A stretch of DNA of 64,000 nucleotides from Candidatus Poribacteria bacterium (GTDB lineage Bacteria > Poribacteria > WGA-4E > PCPOR2b), in assembly GCA_965218095.1 (NCBI GenBank), contig OZ244587.1, positions 1,504,001-1,568,000 on the forward strand, in the 5' to 3' direction. The notes under the pieces are model-generated. The model was not told the DNA's origin. It saw nothing but the letters and a program-made list of their open reading frames with translations, and ran no database searches. Shown piece after piece: positions 1-10,436 of the stretch; within the stretch, counting starts at the first letter, position 1, and every line of letters begins with the position of its first letter. Both the position numbers and the translations under genes were made by a program.

Positions 1-102
1 CTTAGAAGAAACCGGTATATCTTATTCCATTGTTCATCAGGTAAGGTTATTGGCGTCATTCTTCTATTATGCCACAACCTTATACTCAAATGTCAACAGA
101 AC
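1..102 (-). mobile_element. Left end of IS5-family element (partial, cut by window edge), inserted at CTAG inside an IS701-like copy
   Basis: 1-106 is the reverse complement of the left end of the IS5 element starting at 10831; terminal IR AAATGTCAACAGAAC ends at 102, followed by CTAG at 103-106. Confidence 0.9.
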
Positions 103-532
103 CTAGATAACCGGGGCAATCAGCGGGTCTGCGAACTGGCTATTAGTGAGAGAGGAAGCATCGTTCATCTAAAGGGATATGGATTGATTAAGGTTTTCAA
201 GATAGTTTCCCCACACGGTGACATTGAATACTAGGCAACGAGCGACGCACTGTTTTGACTCAAGTATGACGAATGACGAACTGTCTTGGGCGATTGAACA
301 ATACCATCAAGGCATCAAGCAATTTGTCGGTGTTGAGAGGTGCATGGTTCGCAAGGAAGTTGCGCAACGCCATCATATTGGGCTGGCATTGCGAGCGTTT
401 CTACGCCTAGAGCGGCACTGTTTTTCGACCGGCATCAGTTGGTTTGAAGCGAAAGTCTCGCTTATCAGAGAAGCGGTTCGTGCCTATCTGGCTCAACCGC
501 TTTACACTTTAACACCAACTGCGTAATTCCTA
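103..532 (+). mobile_element. 3' half of defective IS701-family element (transposase pseudogene)
   Basis: Near-identical to the reverse complement of 14675-15095; right IR AACTGCGTAATTCCTA at 517-532; in-frame TAG/TGA and a 7-bp TGACGAA duplication. Confidence 0.85.
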
Positions 533-583
533 CAGGGTATCGTTCACGTCAGTATGTATAAGTGGTGGAGGTTCATCGAATGA

Positions 584-1471
584 TTACATTTCCGCCACTG
601 TAAAGAAATCAACGGCTTCCAATTGATTACGCAAACTGTTCCGTCTATCTTCAGGTAACGGAAGGTTGGGGAGACGGGGATTTCCACAGTCAAAGCCCAG
701 TATCCTCATAACTTCCCGGAGCGCACCCATGACACCAGCGGAAAGCACGACATGAGTCACCCGATTCGCGCGAACCTGGAGTTCCTGCCCTTGAGCAAGG
801 TCGCCCGCCTTGTAACTGTTGTGTATCTCCCGATATACCCCTGGAATAAAGTTCAGCGTTAAGCCAATGTTGCCGCAAGAGCCCTGCATGGCGGCATAGA
901 TGCATTGTTCGTCCATGCCAGAGAAAATCGTCCAATTCTCACGACGCAGCTCTACAACCTGCCTGAATTCATCCATATTTGGACCTGTGTACTTAGAGCC
1001 GGCAACATTGGGAATTTCCATCAGTTGGCGCATCAGCGCAACGGCATCTGTCGGCCCACCAAATATATAAGTCAGCAGAGGCCGGTTGGGCGCGGCTGCC
1101 CCAATCGTCGCAAAGTAGGTATATAGGCTCTGAGCGTTACCGTACAGCGGAGGAATTACGCTGCTGACTCCAGCGGCGCCGACCTGCCCTGCATGTTGTG
1201 CCAATTCCGCTGCATCGCGCACAACCATGCAGCCTACATGTACGATGACTGGGACACGTCCATCGACTTGCTCAATCGCGGTTTCAGTCACCAGTTTACG
1301 CTCATCCAGGGACATGAAGAGTCCGTCTCCGGTACCACCGCAGACGTAAAAACCTCCTACGCCCTTGCCGATCAGATACTCAACCAGGTCCTGTAACACC
1401 GACACATTGACTTTATCTTCTGCAGTAAAGGGTGTGACTAAAGCAGGCCACGCACCACTAAAACTGAACAT
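584..1471 (-). CDS. DapA/NanA-family class I aldolase (N-acetylneuraminate lyase-like)
   Basis: PALVTPF, GGTGDG, VPVIVHVG and catalytic Lys in 'GSKYT'; ATG at 1471 preceded by GGAGGGAG. Confidence 0.85.
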   Translation of the reverse strand: MFSFSGAWPALVTPFTAEDKVNVSVLQDLVEYLIGKGVGGFYVCGGTGDGLFMSLDERKLVTETAIEQVDGRVPVIVHVGCMVVRDAAELAQHAGQVGAAGVSSVIPPLYGNAQSLYTYFATIGAAAPNRPLLTYIFGGPTDAVALMRQLMEIPNVAGSKYTGPNMDEFRQVVELRRENWTIFSGMDEQCIYAAMQGSCGNIGLTLNFIPGVYREIHNSYKAGDLAQGQELQVRANRVTHVVLSAGVMGALREVMRILGFDCGNPRLPNLPLPEDRRNSLRNQLEAVDFFTVAEM

Positions 1472-1731
1472 AAGCTCCCTCCGTCTTTTATGCAAGTTCA
1501 CCTTGTGAAGGTTTGGAACCTTCGTAAGGTGCTTAGGTCAATTTCCGAGCTGAAGCCATTATATACCGGCCTTTCCAAATTGTCAAAAGGTATTCGTTCA
1601 AGGATAGGGTTTACCAGGACTTGTCCGATATGCTATAATACCGTTCCAATAACCTTCAGCAAATTCAGAGTGTCGAATTTATTGAACAACTCAAAACTTC
1701 AACCGTTTTCCGCATAGCATATAAGACCGCC

Positions 1732-2040
1732 ATGGGCCTACAATTTTTTATTGTGTTTGTACTCTCAATTGCTTTCTTATCTGTGGGCGTCACGGGATGG
1801 CGAGATTTTATCTCCATCACATGGGATAGTGGGCTGCCTAAGCTAGCATTTGAAGCGAACTATTTTGCCATCTTTCAATGTTCTCTTGGCTTTCTGCTAT
1901 TTTTCGTTAGTTTGTATCTGATGGGATTCTTCCTCTATCTCGAAGAGCGGGAGAGTGGTCGGATTATGAAGAACATTAAAAGTTTCGTGAAACTCCGAGA
2001 ATTTCTTGAACGGCGTCAAAAAGAGGAAATGAGAAAATAA
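1732..2040 (+). CDS. Hypothetical two-TM membrane protein
   Basis: Two hydrophobic segments and a charged C-tail; directly upstream of hemE. Confidence 0.6.
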   Translation: MGLQFFIVFVLSIAFLSVGVTGWRDFISITWDSGLPKLAFEANYFAIFQCSLGFLLFFVSLYLMGFFLYLEERESGRIMKNIKSFVKLREFLERRQKEEMRK

Positions 2041-2073
2041 TCCAATTTGCCTCAAAAAGGATAGACGACTCCT

Positions 2074-3216
2074 ATGCTTAAAAATGATCTTCTGCTTCGT
2101 GCAGCGCGTCGGCTTCCGGTGGAACGTGTACCTGTGTGGATGATGCGTCAGGCCGGGCGTTCAGATCCAGCCTACCGAGCACTCAGAGCAAAGATTAACC
2201 TCCCTTTAGAACGCTTATTTCGGACCGTCCCAAGTCCGTTCACTCCCGAAGAAATTGAATGGGCGATTGAAATTTCGCTCTTACCCAAACACATCGGGGT
2301 TGATGCCATTATTGTGTACATGGATATTCTCACCCCGCTTTGCCCGATGGGCGCACATTTTCGCTTTGCCCCAGGCCCTGTCCTAGAATCTCCCATTCGT
2401 ACGCGGAAACAGATTGAAGCGCTACACCCTCTTGATGACCCCCATGCACAGTTGGTGTTTACCGGAAAAGTGATCAGTGGTCTCCGTCAGGCATTAGATC
2501 GAGAATTGCCACTGGTCGGTTTTGCTGGATTACCGCTGACCCTTGCTTTTTTTATGGTCGCAGGGAAAAGCCCTATGGTAAAGGGAGGCGGCATTTCAGA
2601 TGCAGGCGAGATTGTTTTTCAGATGATGTACGAGGAACCGCACCTGTTTCACGAACTGTTGCGACGTCTGACCCGGCTGACGATTAATTATCTCGATTAC
2701 CAAATTTCAGAAGGCGCCCAAATCGTGCAACTCTTTGAATCTATCGCTAATCAGATTGACCGACCGACCTATGAAACTTTTGTTCAACCGTATCACGAAC
2801 AGATTTTTGCAGCGTTAAATCCGAGCGTACCGTCCATTCTGTTTGCCAAAGAGTGCCCTCACTTAGATCTCATGTTAAAAAGTGGCGCCAACGTTCTGAG
2901 TATTGGAAAATGTGTAGATCTGGCAAAAGCACAAGCAGAAGCAAAAGGCAGAGTCGCCTTTCAGGGCAACGTGGACAATGAGCTTTTACGAGATGGCGCT
3001 CGTGATGATATTACAGCAGCCGTCAATCGCTGCTTGCAGGGCGGCGGTAAGGTTGGGCATATTCTGAACCTGAGTCACGGGCTTTACCCTGATACGCCGT
3101 TTGAGAATGTGAAGCACTTTGTGAAAGTTGCAAAAGAATATGTTTGGGTAAGTAATGTATCGCGCCGAGTGGGCCGCCAGAGTCCTATATCCCCAGAGTT
3201 TTCTCAGAAAGTCTAG
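2074..3216 (+). CDS. hemE: Uroporphyrinogen decarboxylase
   Basis: PVWMMRQAGR signature, QGNVD, HILNLSHG. Confidence 0.95.
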   Translation: MLKNDLLLRAARRLPVERVPVWMMRQAGRSDPAYRALRAKINLPLERLFRTVPSPFTPEEIEWAIEISLLPKHIGVDAIIVYMDILTPLCPMGAHFRFAPGPVLESPIRTRKQIEALHPLDDPHAQLVFTGKVISGLRQALDRELPLVGFAGLPLTLAFFMVAGKSPMVKGGGISDAGEIVFQMMYEEPHLFHELLRRLTRLTINYLDYQISEGAQIVQLFESIANQIDRPTYETFVQPYHEQIFAALNPSVPSILFAKECPHLDLMLKSGANVLSIGKCVDLAKAQAEAKGRVAFQGNVDNELLRDGARDDITAAVNRCLQGGGKVGHILNLSHGLYPDTPFENVKHFVKVAKEYVWVSNVSRRVGRQSPISPEFSQKV

Positions 3217-3306
3217 GCGACCCCGTCCCTCCGTAGCCGAACTCGTGGTATCCGAATTCTCACGAATTCAACTACGGGCTCCTCCAGTCAAAGAAGGTAA
3301 CAGCTC

Positions 3307-4278
3307 ATGAAGAACGATACCAACGCATACGACAGCATTCTACTCGTCGGATTTGGGGGGCCAACACCTGGTTGCTGCAAGCAATACGATTCATGTCCCG
3401 GTGAGGCGTACTGTTTCGTCGAAGGGATTGTCGGCACGGCGCCGTTGCATGCCGAGCGGGTACAAGAAGTTGCGCACCACTATGTGGCGCTCGGTGGCTT
3501 TTCGTCGTTTAATGAACTAACGTTCAGACAAGCGGATGCACTCGAAACCACATTGAAAGATAGAGGTGTTGATGCCCCTATCTACGCGGGGATGCGAAAT
3601 TGGATGCCGTACCTGCACGAGACGCTTGCGCTGATGGTCGAGAAAGGACATCGCAACATACTTGGTATTATCATGTCCGCCTATCAGTCCAAATCCAGTT
3701 GGGAGCGTTATCAGAACGATGTCACGGCTGCAATCGAAAGGCTAAATGGAGTGACACCAAATGTCAGCTATTTAGAGGACGCGTGGCATATACGCTCTGG
3801 CTTTATTAACGCCATTGCGGATCAGATTCGTGTCGCGTGCGGAGAAATGGAGGATAATCGCTTCGAGAAAGCCGCTTTGATTTTTACAGCCCACGCAATC
3901 CCGCGACCCGCAGCGAAGTCTTCGCCATATACAAAGCAGTTTCGACAAACCGCGTCAGCCGTGGCGTCGGTTCTCGGGAAAGATTTCGGTATTGCTTACC
4001 AGAGTTCACCCGATAACCCAACGGCGCCGTGGACAGGTCCCGACATCAATAATCTGATTCAAGAAAAAAAGAAGGTGGGCATTCAAGACGTCATCGTCTC
4101 GCCGATTGGCTTCCTCTGCGATCACGTCGAAGTGCTATACGACCTCGACATGGAAGCAAGAGCAACAGCCGAAACGTGCGGCATGAGCTTTATTCGTGCT
4201 GGAACCGTCGGCGATCACCCGGAATTTATCGGCATGCTGGCAGATCTGGTTTGCGAGCGGTTCAAAACGTTGAATTAA
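3307..4278 (+). CDS. hemH: Ferrochelatase (probably coproporphyrin ferrochelatase CpfC type)
   Basis: GFGGP, GMRNWMPY, FTAHAIP, YQS, PIGFLCDHVEVLYDLD signature. Confidence 0.93.
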   Translation: MKNDTNAYDSILLVGFGGPTPGCCKQYDSCPGEAYCFVEGIVGTAPLHAERVQEVAHHYVALGGFSSFNELTFRQADALETTLKDRGVDAPIYAGMRNWMPYLHETLALMVEKGHRNILGIIMSAYQSKSSWERYQNDVTAAIERLNGVTPNVSYLEDAWHIRSGFINAIADQIRVACGEMEDNRFEKAALIFTAHAIPRPAAKSSPYTKQFRQTASAVASVLGKDFGIAYQSSPDNPTAPWTGPDINNLIQEKKKVGIQDVIVSPIGFLCDHVEVLYDLDMEARATAETCGMSFIRAGTVGDHPEFIGMLADLVCERFKTLN

Positions 4279-4311
4279 ACATCAGGAGAATTAAACATCA
4301 GGAGAAAGAAA

Positions 4312-4683
4312 ATGGCCAAGTCAAAATCAAAAGTGTTTCATGCAAAATTTCATGTCAGATAGGCAATTATAGAAAGTTTGATGGAGGATTTTAAGACGGA
4401 CGATGGCTGGGCCCCAGAAGCACCAAGATTTTACCACGAAGTTAAGAATGATGATGATTTGATTGAGGTCAGTTTTGATGTTGATGAAGAAGGACTTCAA
4501 CTTCTGATGAAAGATTTTGAGACAGACGACCCAATCACCGCGCTCCAATATACAATCGATTAGGTGACAGTAGCATACTTCACGTCACAAATCAGAGGAA
4601 AATTAAGACTTGATGGTTTTGATGATGAAGGCAACCCCAAAGTCTGGACCGATGAATCGTATAACCCCTCAAATTCTGATTGA
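4312..4683 (+). pseudogene. Acidic 123-codon hypothetical ORF with two in-frame TAG codons
   Basis: AGGAGA RBS, ATG 4312, TAG at 4360-4362 and 4561-4563, TGA stop 4681-4683; AT-rich relative to flanks. Confidence 0.55.
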
Positions 4684-4829
4684 TACCACGCTATCACTGA
4701 ATTTGTGAGAATCTGCACCAGGACTGGATCTGTAACTGAAACTAATATGAAGAGAAAACCCATTGAAAAATTAATCGCCATAGAAAAAAACTTGCTGATA
4801 AGAGAGGTAACACATTACAGGAGATTCCA

Positions 4830-6347
4830 GTGCCAAACACTTCAGAACCAAAACAAGTTAAGCCCCGATCTACAGATCGGGATAAACTGCGCGAAATCCC
4901 ACGCAGCGGGGCTATCGTCATCGGCGGGGGCATCACGGGACTGACAGCATGCTACCGCCTGATCACCGAGTCGGCCAGACGCGGCCTCCCGCTCGATGTC
5001 AAGTTGCTCGAAGCCAGCGATCGCGTTGGGGGTGTTATCCGCACGTCAGAGCAGGACGGCTTTATCATCGAGCACGGCCCCGATGTTTTTCTCTCTACGA
5101 AGCCGTGGGCAAAAGCTCTGTGCGAAAACTTAGGACTCACCGATCAGTTCATCAACACAAATGCAAAGGAACGGCGCAGTTTTGTCCTCCACAAAGGCTC
5201 ACTACACCCCGTCCCTGAAGGTTTTTACATGATGGCACCCGCTTCTTTTGGCCCATTTGTGAAGACGTCCATTTTCAGTTGGGCGGGGAAACTGAGAATG
5301 GGGTTAGATCTGGTCATACCGCGCCGCCGAAGCGGTGAAGATGAGTCGCTGGAAGATTTCGTCACACGTCGCTTGGGGAGAGAAGCGTTCACTCGGATAG
5401 CGCAGCCGATGCTCGGGGGCATCTACACTGCGGACGCGAAGGATTTAAGCCTGAAAGCCACAATGCCCCAATTCCTTGAGATGGAGCAGAAGTACGGCAG
5501 CATCATCAAGGCGCTAATCGTCCGTAAAAAACAATCGAAGCAGAGTTCTAGCGGCACAAGCGGCCCGCGTTACAGCCTGTTTTTGTCCTTCAAATCTGGG
5601 ATGCAAACCCTGATCGATACCCTCGCCGAGCGTTTGCCCGACGATTGTATACAGCTTGGTGCAAAAGTCAGTCGTGTGGATTACCGCAATGAACAGGAAA
5701 GGTGGCGTATTCATCTGGAGGATGGACAGCAAATGTGCGCCGATCTCGTCTGCGTTGCGCTTCCCGCACACCACGCCGCGAGACTCACCCAAACGGTTGC
5801 GCCGGAGTTGTCAGAACACCTTGCCGCCATTTCTTATGCCTCCTCCGCTACCGTAAACTTCGCTTTCCGTCGCGATGTCATTGAACACCCACTCAACGGC
5901 ATGGGCTTCGTTGTACCTGCCATTGAAGGACGGTCGATTCTTGGATGCACATTCAGCAGCGTCAAGTTTGAGGAACGGGCCCCCGCCGATCATGCCCTGT
6001 TGCGGACTTACGTGGGCGGGGCGGTGCAGAAAGATCATTTTCACCAATCGGAATCCGAGATAATCGAATCGGTCCTTAGAGAACTGCGTGAGTTGCTCGG
6101 GGTCAAGGGGGATCCAATACTGGTCGTTGTGAGCAAACACCCCAGCGCGATGGCGCAATATCATTTGGGACATCTGGACAAGGTGGAGGAAATCGAGGCG
6201 CAGGTGAAAAAACTCCCCGGATTTGCGCTTGCGGGTAACGCCTATCACGGAGTCGGCATTCCCGATTGTATCCACAGTGGGGAGAAGGCTGCATATCTTC
6301 TCTTGGACAACCTTGTTGGAAATAATGGCATAGAAAGAGCAAACTAG
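4830..6347 (+). CDS. hemY: Protoporphyrinogen/coproporphyrinogen oxidase, HemY family
   Basis: VIGGGITGL FAD motif, EASDRVGGVI, EHGPD, GNAYHGVGIPDCI. Confidence 0.93.
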   Translation: MPNTSEPKQVKPRSTDRDKLREIPRSGAIVIGGGITGLTACYRLITESARRGLPLDVKLLEASDRVGGVIRTSEQDGFIIEHGPDVFLSTKPWAKALCENLGLTDQFINTNAKERRSFVLHKGSLHPVPEGFYMMAPASFGPFVKTSIFSWAGKLRMGLDLVIPRRRSGEDESLEDFVTRRLGREAFTRIAQPMLGGIYTADAKDLSLKATMPQFLEMEQKYGSIIKALIVRKKQSKQSSSGTSGPRYSLFLSFKSGMQTLIDTLAERLPDDCIQLGAKVSRVDYRNEQERWRIHLEDGQQMCADLVCVALPAHHAARLTQTVAPELSEHLAAISYASSATVNFAFRRDVIEHPLNGMGFVVPAIEGRSILGCTFSSVKFEERAPADHALLRTYVGGAVQKDHFHQSESEIIESVLRELRELLGVKGDPILVVVSKHPSAMAQYHLGHLDKVEEIEAQVKKLPGFALAGNAYHGVGIPDCIHSGEKAAYLLLDNLVGNNGIERAN

Positions 6348-6702
6348 CCAAAAACGATGAATACAGCGGCAGGTTCGCCCCGTCCTCTTTTAGTGTCGGG
6401 GAAACCAATCATTCCGACCGGTGTCCGTGGGAAAGACGGTAGGTGGGCACACATCAAAGGAAGGCATTAAGATCAGTCCATTTTGAACGGGTAATATTTT
6501 CCACTCAGAATTTCCCACGGAACGTTTACAGTGTATTACAATGTCAAAGTACCACAAAAGGATTTCTTCTTTACGATTCGCTTTTTCCTGTGCCAGATTT
6601 ATGATCAAGTGGTTACAGAAAACGCGCAACTCACAGATCTCGCTTTGATTCGATTGTTGGTAGGATAGACTTATGAGATATGGAAATTGAAAGGATGGAA
6701 GA

Positions 6703-7797
6703 ATGGCAAGGGGAAAAGGACTCATTTCACGTTTCATGCTTGACATTTGTGAGACAAGATGGCGTCTTGCCTTATTCTGTTTAATACCAATCAGCTTAAT
6801 CGTTGTTCTCATTGCACAAGTGGGACCTCCCAATGAAATCGAGGGTGAAGAAGAACCTCCCTTTGAGCCCAGCTATCTTGGGTACGATGACATTTACCGA
6901 GAGTTCACAAAGCGGAAAAAGTGTAAAAGTTGTCATCCAGCGATCTGGCGGGAGTGGGAGAAATCGATGCACGGACAAGCGTGGAACGATCCAATCTTTC
7001 AAGAAGCGGCAAGTCAAGTCCCAGATCGCGAAAAAAGTTGTGACCCGTGCCACGCTCCCGAACCAATTCTGATCACCGGCATCGGCAAGATGCCGAAGCT
7101 GCGTGCGGCGGATCGGAAATTTGGCGTCTCCTGCCTCGTGTGTCATATTGATGCGCACGGTGCAATGCATGGGCCGCCCGCCAGCGTTGATGCGATGTAC
7201 CACGCAAACGTGACTTCCGAAACCCACATGAATCCAACTGAGTTGTGTGGCACCTGTCACGGACAGCCGAGCGTTCCTGAGCACAATCAACTTATCAGCT
7301 TCAAGACTGGTCCCGCGGCAGAATCGGGCAAAACCTGTGCAACCTGCCACATGCCCGGCATCAAGCGGGTGCAAAGCACCTTCAGTTACGAGGCAATCCC
7401 AGGCAGACGACACACATGGATTGGTAGTCGCAGTGTCCACATGCTCAAAAGTGCGGCGGATTTGAAGATTGTACTTACGGGAGGTAAAGCGATTATTCGT
7501 CTGACCAACAAAGCTGGGCATATCCTCCCCGGCGAAGCGTTACGCGCTGTCATCCTTGATGTGAAGATCTCAGATGCCAAGGGCGATGTCACCCGGCATG
7601 AGCAAGTTTTCATCTCCGCTTCATCGGGTGAGGAGGAAAGCGATAATCGTATACCCCCCGGCGACACATGGCAGTTTGCGTATGAGATCAGTGCAAAAGC
7701 GCAGGTCGAAGCGATAGTGCGCTATCGGTTGCTGCCGACGACGCCGGAAGCCGAATGGGTCACAATGGCAGAGGCAAGTCAAAAAATTGATAATTGA
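6703..7797 (+). CDS. Membrane-anchored/exported pentaheme cytochrome c
   Basis: Five CxxCH motifs (CKSCH, CDPCH, CLVCH, CGTCH, CATCH), WEKSMH motif, N-terminal hydrophobic segment. Confidence 0.9.
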   Translation: MARGKGLISRFMLDICETRWRLALFCLIPISLIVVLIAQVGPPNEIEGEEEPPFEPSYLGYDDIYREFTKRKKCKSCHPAIWREWEKSMHGQAWNDPIFQEAASQVPDREKSCDPCHAPEPILITGIGKMPKLRAADRKFGVSCLVCHIDAHGAMHGPPASVDAMYHANVTSETHMNPTELCGTCHGQPSVPEHNQLISFKTGPAAESGKTCATCHMPGIKRVQSTFSYEAIPGRRHTWIGSRSVHMLKSAADLKIVLTGGKAIIRLTNKAGHILPGEALRAVILDVKISDAKGDVTRHEQVFISASSGEEESDNRIPPGDTWQFAYEISAKAQVEAIVRYRLLPTTPEAEWVTMAEASQKIDN

Positions 7798-8068
7798 CAT
7801 ATGTGGACACAAATTTCTGCATATTTTTCGGCGGTAAGAAACCAAGTTTTCCGAAAAACTTGGTTTCTAAACATCCAAAAACTTATGTTCAGGCACTCAG
7901 TAGATTACACTTTTGAAAAAACAGGATTAATGCGGAAAAGCGGCCTGTTGGAAAACTGCACTATAGCTAGATTTGCATGGGCTGAATCATGCGAGAAATT
8001 TCCGCATTCAGAAAAGTATTACCGAATCTACCTATCCATACAATAACCCATTTTGAAAAGGTAAAACA

Positions 8069-9445
8069 ATGATGACAAATACCGAAAAAGAACTATCCAC
8101 ACAGGATTACCGAAAAATCGATCAGGCGCACGTCTGGCACCCACTCTTTCAGCATCAAACCTTGGATCAGACGGACCTGATTGTGTTCAAAGAAGCTCGC
8201 GGAACAACCGTCATCGACGCGGAGGGGCGCGAATATCTGGATGCCTACTCGGCGCTATGGAATGTCAACGTCGGATACGGACGACAGGAGATTGCTGATG
8301 CTGTCTATGAGCAGATCCAGACGTTGCCGTACTATCCGCATGCACAGATCAACATTCCCGCAACCCTGCTGGCTGAGAAACTCACCGAGATTTTGCCGGG
8401 GAATCTGAACCACGTTTTCTTCTGCAATGGTGGTTCTGAAGCCAATGACACCGCGATCAAAATTGCGCGACAGTACGGACGACAGAAATACCCCGGCGAT
8501 AATCGCTACAAGATCATCAGTCGCTATCGTGGGTATCACGGCTTCACTTATGGGGCAATGTCCGCAACGGGCCAAACCCGTCGGCGGAAAGCCTTTGAGC
8601 CACTTGTTCCCGGTTTCATCCACGCCCAGCCGCCTTACACCTATCGACATGCCGCGGGACGCAGCGAATCGGAGTTTGGACTCGTCTGCGCCGATGAAAT
8701 TGAACAGGTTATTCGGTGGGAAGGGCAGGAAACCGTCATCGCCGTTATTGCGGAACCGATCATCGGCGGCGGTGGGGTTATCGTGCCACCAGACAACTAT
8801 CTTCCGAGGGTAAGAGAAATCTGCGATAAGTACGGCATCCTGCTGATCCTTGACGAAGTGATCACCGGCTTCGGCAGGACTGGAAAGATGTTTGCCTGTG
8901 AGCAATGGGGCGTGCAGCCCGACATCATCAGCCTCGCCAAAGGGCTAACAAGTGGTTATCTTCCACTCGGCGCTTGTGTCGCAAGCGATGCAGTCTTTGA
9001 AGAATTCCTCGGCGAGCCTGATGAGCATCGAGAATTTGCACAAGTTTGCACCTACGGTGGACATCCCGTTGCTTGCGCGGCGGGCGTGGCAAACTTGAAG
9101 ATCCTCACAGAGGAGCGGTTATGGGAAAATGCCGAGCGCGTCGGAAGCTATCTGATTGAAAAACTGAATACGCTGCAAGATTTCCCGATTGTCGGAGACG
9201 TTAGGGGCAAAGGGCTGATGATCGGTGTTGAGTTGGTCAAGGATAACCACAAGACACCACTGGACACCGCTACAACGAAAAAGATCTGCGGGGCCATCCT
9301 GGAGAGAGGTATCATTGTTGGGCGAATTGGGCAGACCGTGGACGAGCCTGAAAATATCATTTTTATTGCTCCACCCTTGATTCTCACGGTTGCGGAGGCA
9401 GATCGAATTTTTGAAACGTTCCGGGAGGTACTTGGCCGCTTTTGA
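8069..9445 (+). CDS. Class III PLP-dependent aminotransferase (omega-amino acid transaminase-like)
   Basis: WHP, GSEAND, YHG, LILDEVITGFGRTG, SLAKGLTSGY. Confidence 0.93.
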   Translation: MMTNTEKELSTQDYRKIDQAHVWHPLFQHQTLDQTDLIVFKEARGTTVIDAEGREYLDAYSALWNVNVGYGRQEIADAVYEQIQTLPYYPHAQINIPATLLAEKLTEILPGNLNHVFFCNGGSEANDTAIKIARQYGRQKYPGDNRYKIISRYRGYHGFTYGAMSATGQTRRRKAFEPLVPGFIHAQPPYTYRHAAGRSESEFGLVCADEIEQVIRWEGQETVIAVIAEPIIGGGGVIVPPDNYLPRVREICDKYGILLILDEVITGFGRTGKMFACEQWGVQPDIISLAKGLTSGYLPLGACVASDAVFEEFLGEPDEHREFAQVCTYGGHPVACAAGVANLKILTEERLWENAERVGSYLIEKLNTLQDFPIVGDVRGKGLMIGVELVKDNHKTPLDTATTKKICGAILERGIIVGRIGQTVDEPENIIFIAPPLILTVAEADRIFETFREVLGRF

Positions 9446-9596
9446 ATCGGTAAGGACACCTATCCATAAATGTTATATTGAGCGCAACGAAAAATCTCGT
9501 TATAGAGACCCTCCGCTGCACCCAGAGAAAAGCAAAATTTTAGCGTTGCAACACCATCACTCTCATTTCGATGTATCTGTCGTTGGGTGTGCTAGC

Positions 9597-10271
9597 TCAT
9601 AATCGTCCGCCTGGTGAATCGCCGGTACCGACCTTGACGTGAGTTCCCTCCATCTGCTTCACAACATGCTGGATACACTCGTCAACCGTCTTGAACGGGG
9701 GATGCGGATACGTTTCCAGACTAAAATTCAAGTCATTCGCGCCAAACGCGAACATGTCAACGCCGGGTTTGCCAAGCTGGCGTGCGTTGGTGACCGCGTT
9801 GACAGATTCTAGTTGCAAGCAAAGGATGCCGTTGTTGTTCCACCATTCGGCGTACTCCAGGCGGTCACGACGTTCCTTGACCCCGTACCCTGAGCTGGGT
9901 CCCCAACTCCTTTTGCCGATTGGGGGATAGTAGAACGCATTGATCGCTTCATCAACCGTTGCTTCATCCTCAACCTGTGGCACCACAATAGCAAAAGGAC
10001 CCAGGTCGAGGTAGTTGCCGATGAGGTAAGCGTTCCGCGTGTGTTTGATGCGAAGCTGGACGGGTACCCCCAATTCCGCTGCTATGGCGCAAAACGCGAC
10101 CAGGTTCCTTTCACTGAACGCCGCGTGCTGGGCGTCAACGCCAACAAGATCGTAGGAATCCTGACTGAGGATGTCTTCAAGTTGACTTTTTGAGACATCC
10201 ATGGGCGCGTTTGCGACTTGAATAGTTTCCCTTTCGTGGATGCGTTGTTTCAACAATTTCTGATCTGACAT
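9597..10271 (-). CDS. HpcH/HpaI aldolase family protein
   Basis: VDAQH, YYPPIGKRSWG, LQLES, FGANDL motifs. Confidence 0.85.
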   Translation of the reverse strand: MSDQKLLKQRIHERETIQVANAPMDVSKSQLEDILSQDSYDLVGVDAQHAAFSERNLVAFCAIAAELGVPVQLRIKHTRNAYLIGNYLDLGPFAIVVPQVEDEATVDEAINAFYYPPIGKRSWGPSSGYGVKERRDRLEYAEWWNNNGILCLQLESVNAVTNARQLGKPGVDMFAFGANDLNFSLETYPHPPFKTVDECIQHVVKQMEGTHVKVGTGDSPGGRL

Positions 10272-10436
10272 ATCTAGTGCCTCCGTTAAACAATTATATC
10301 AATTCTGGTAATGCGAGATCTACTGATAAGAAAGTCTACCATGATTTCGTGTCAGGTTTCAATTCAGAATTGGTCACCAAATTTTCTACTTGATTCCTTC
10401 ACAGGTTTCTGCGAAAATAAAGCTATCCATTATTCA

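Noticed and set aside
6357-6470. Possible riboswitch or small ORF after hemY
   Set aside because: Only fragmentary resemblance to c-di-AMP/cobalamin motifs; cannot be supported
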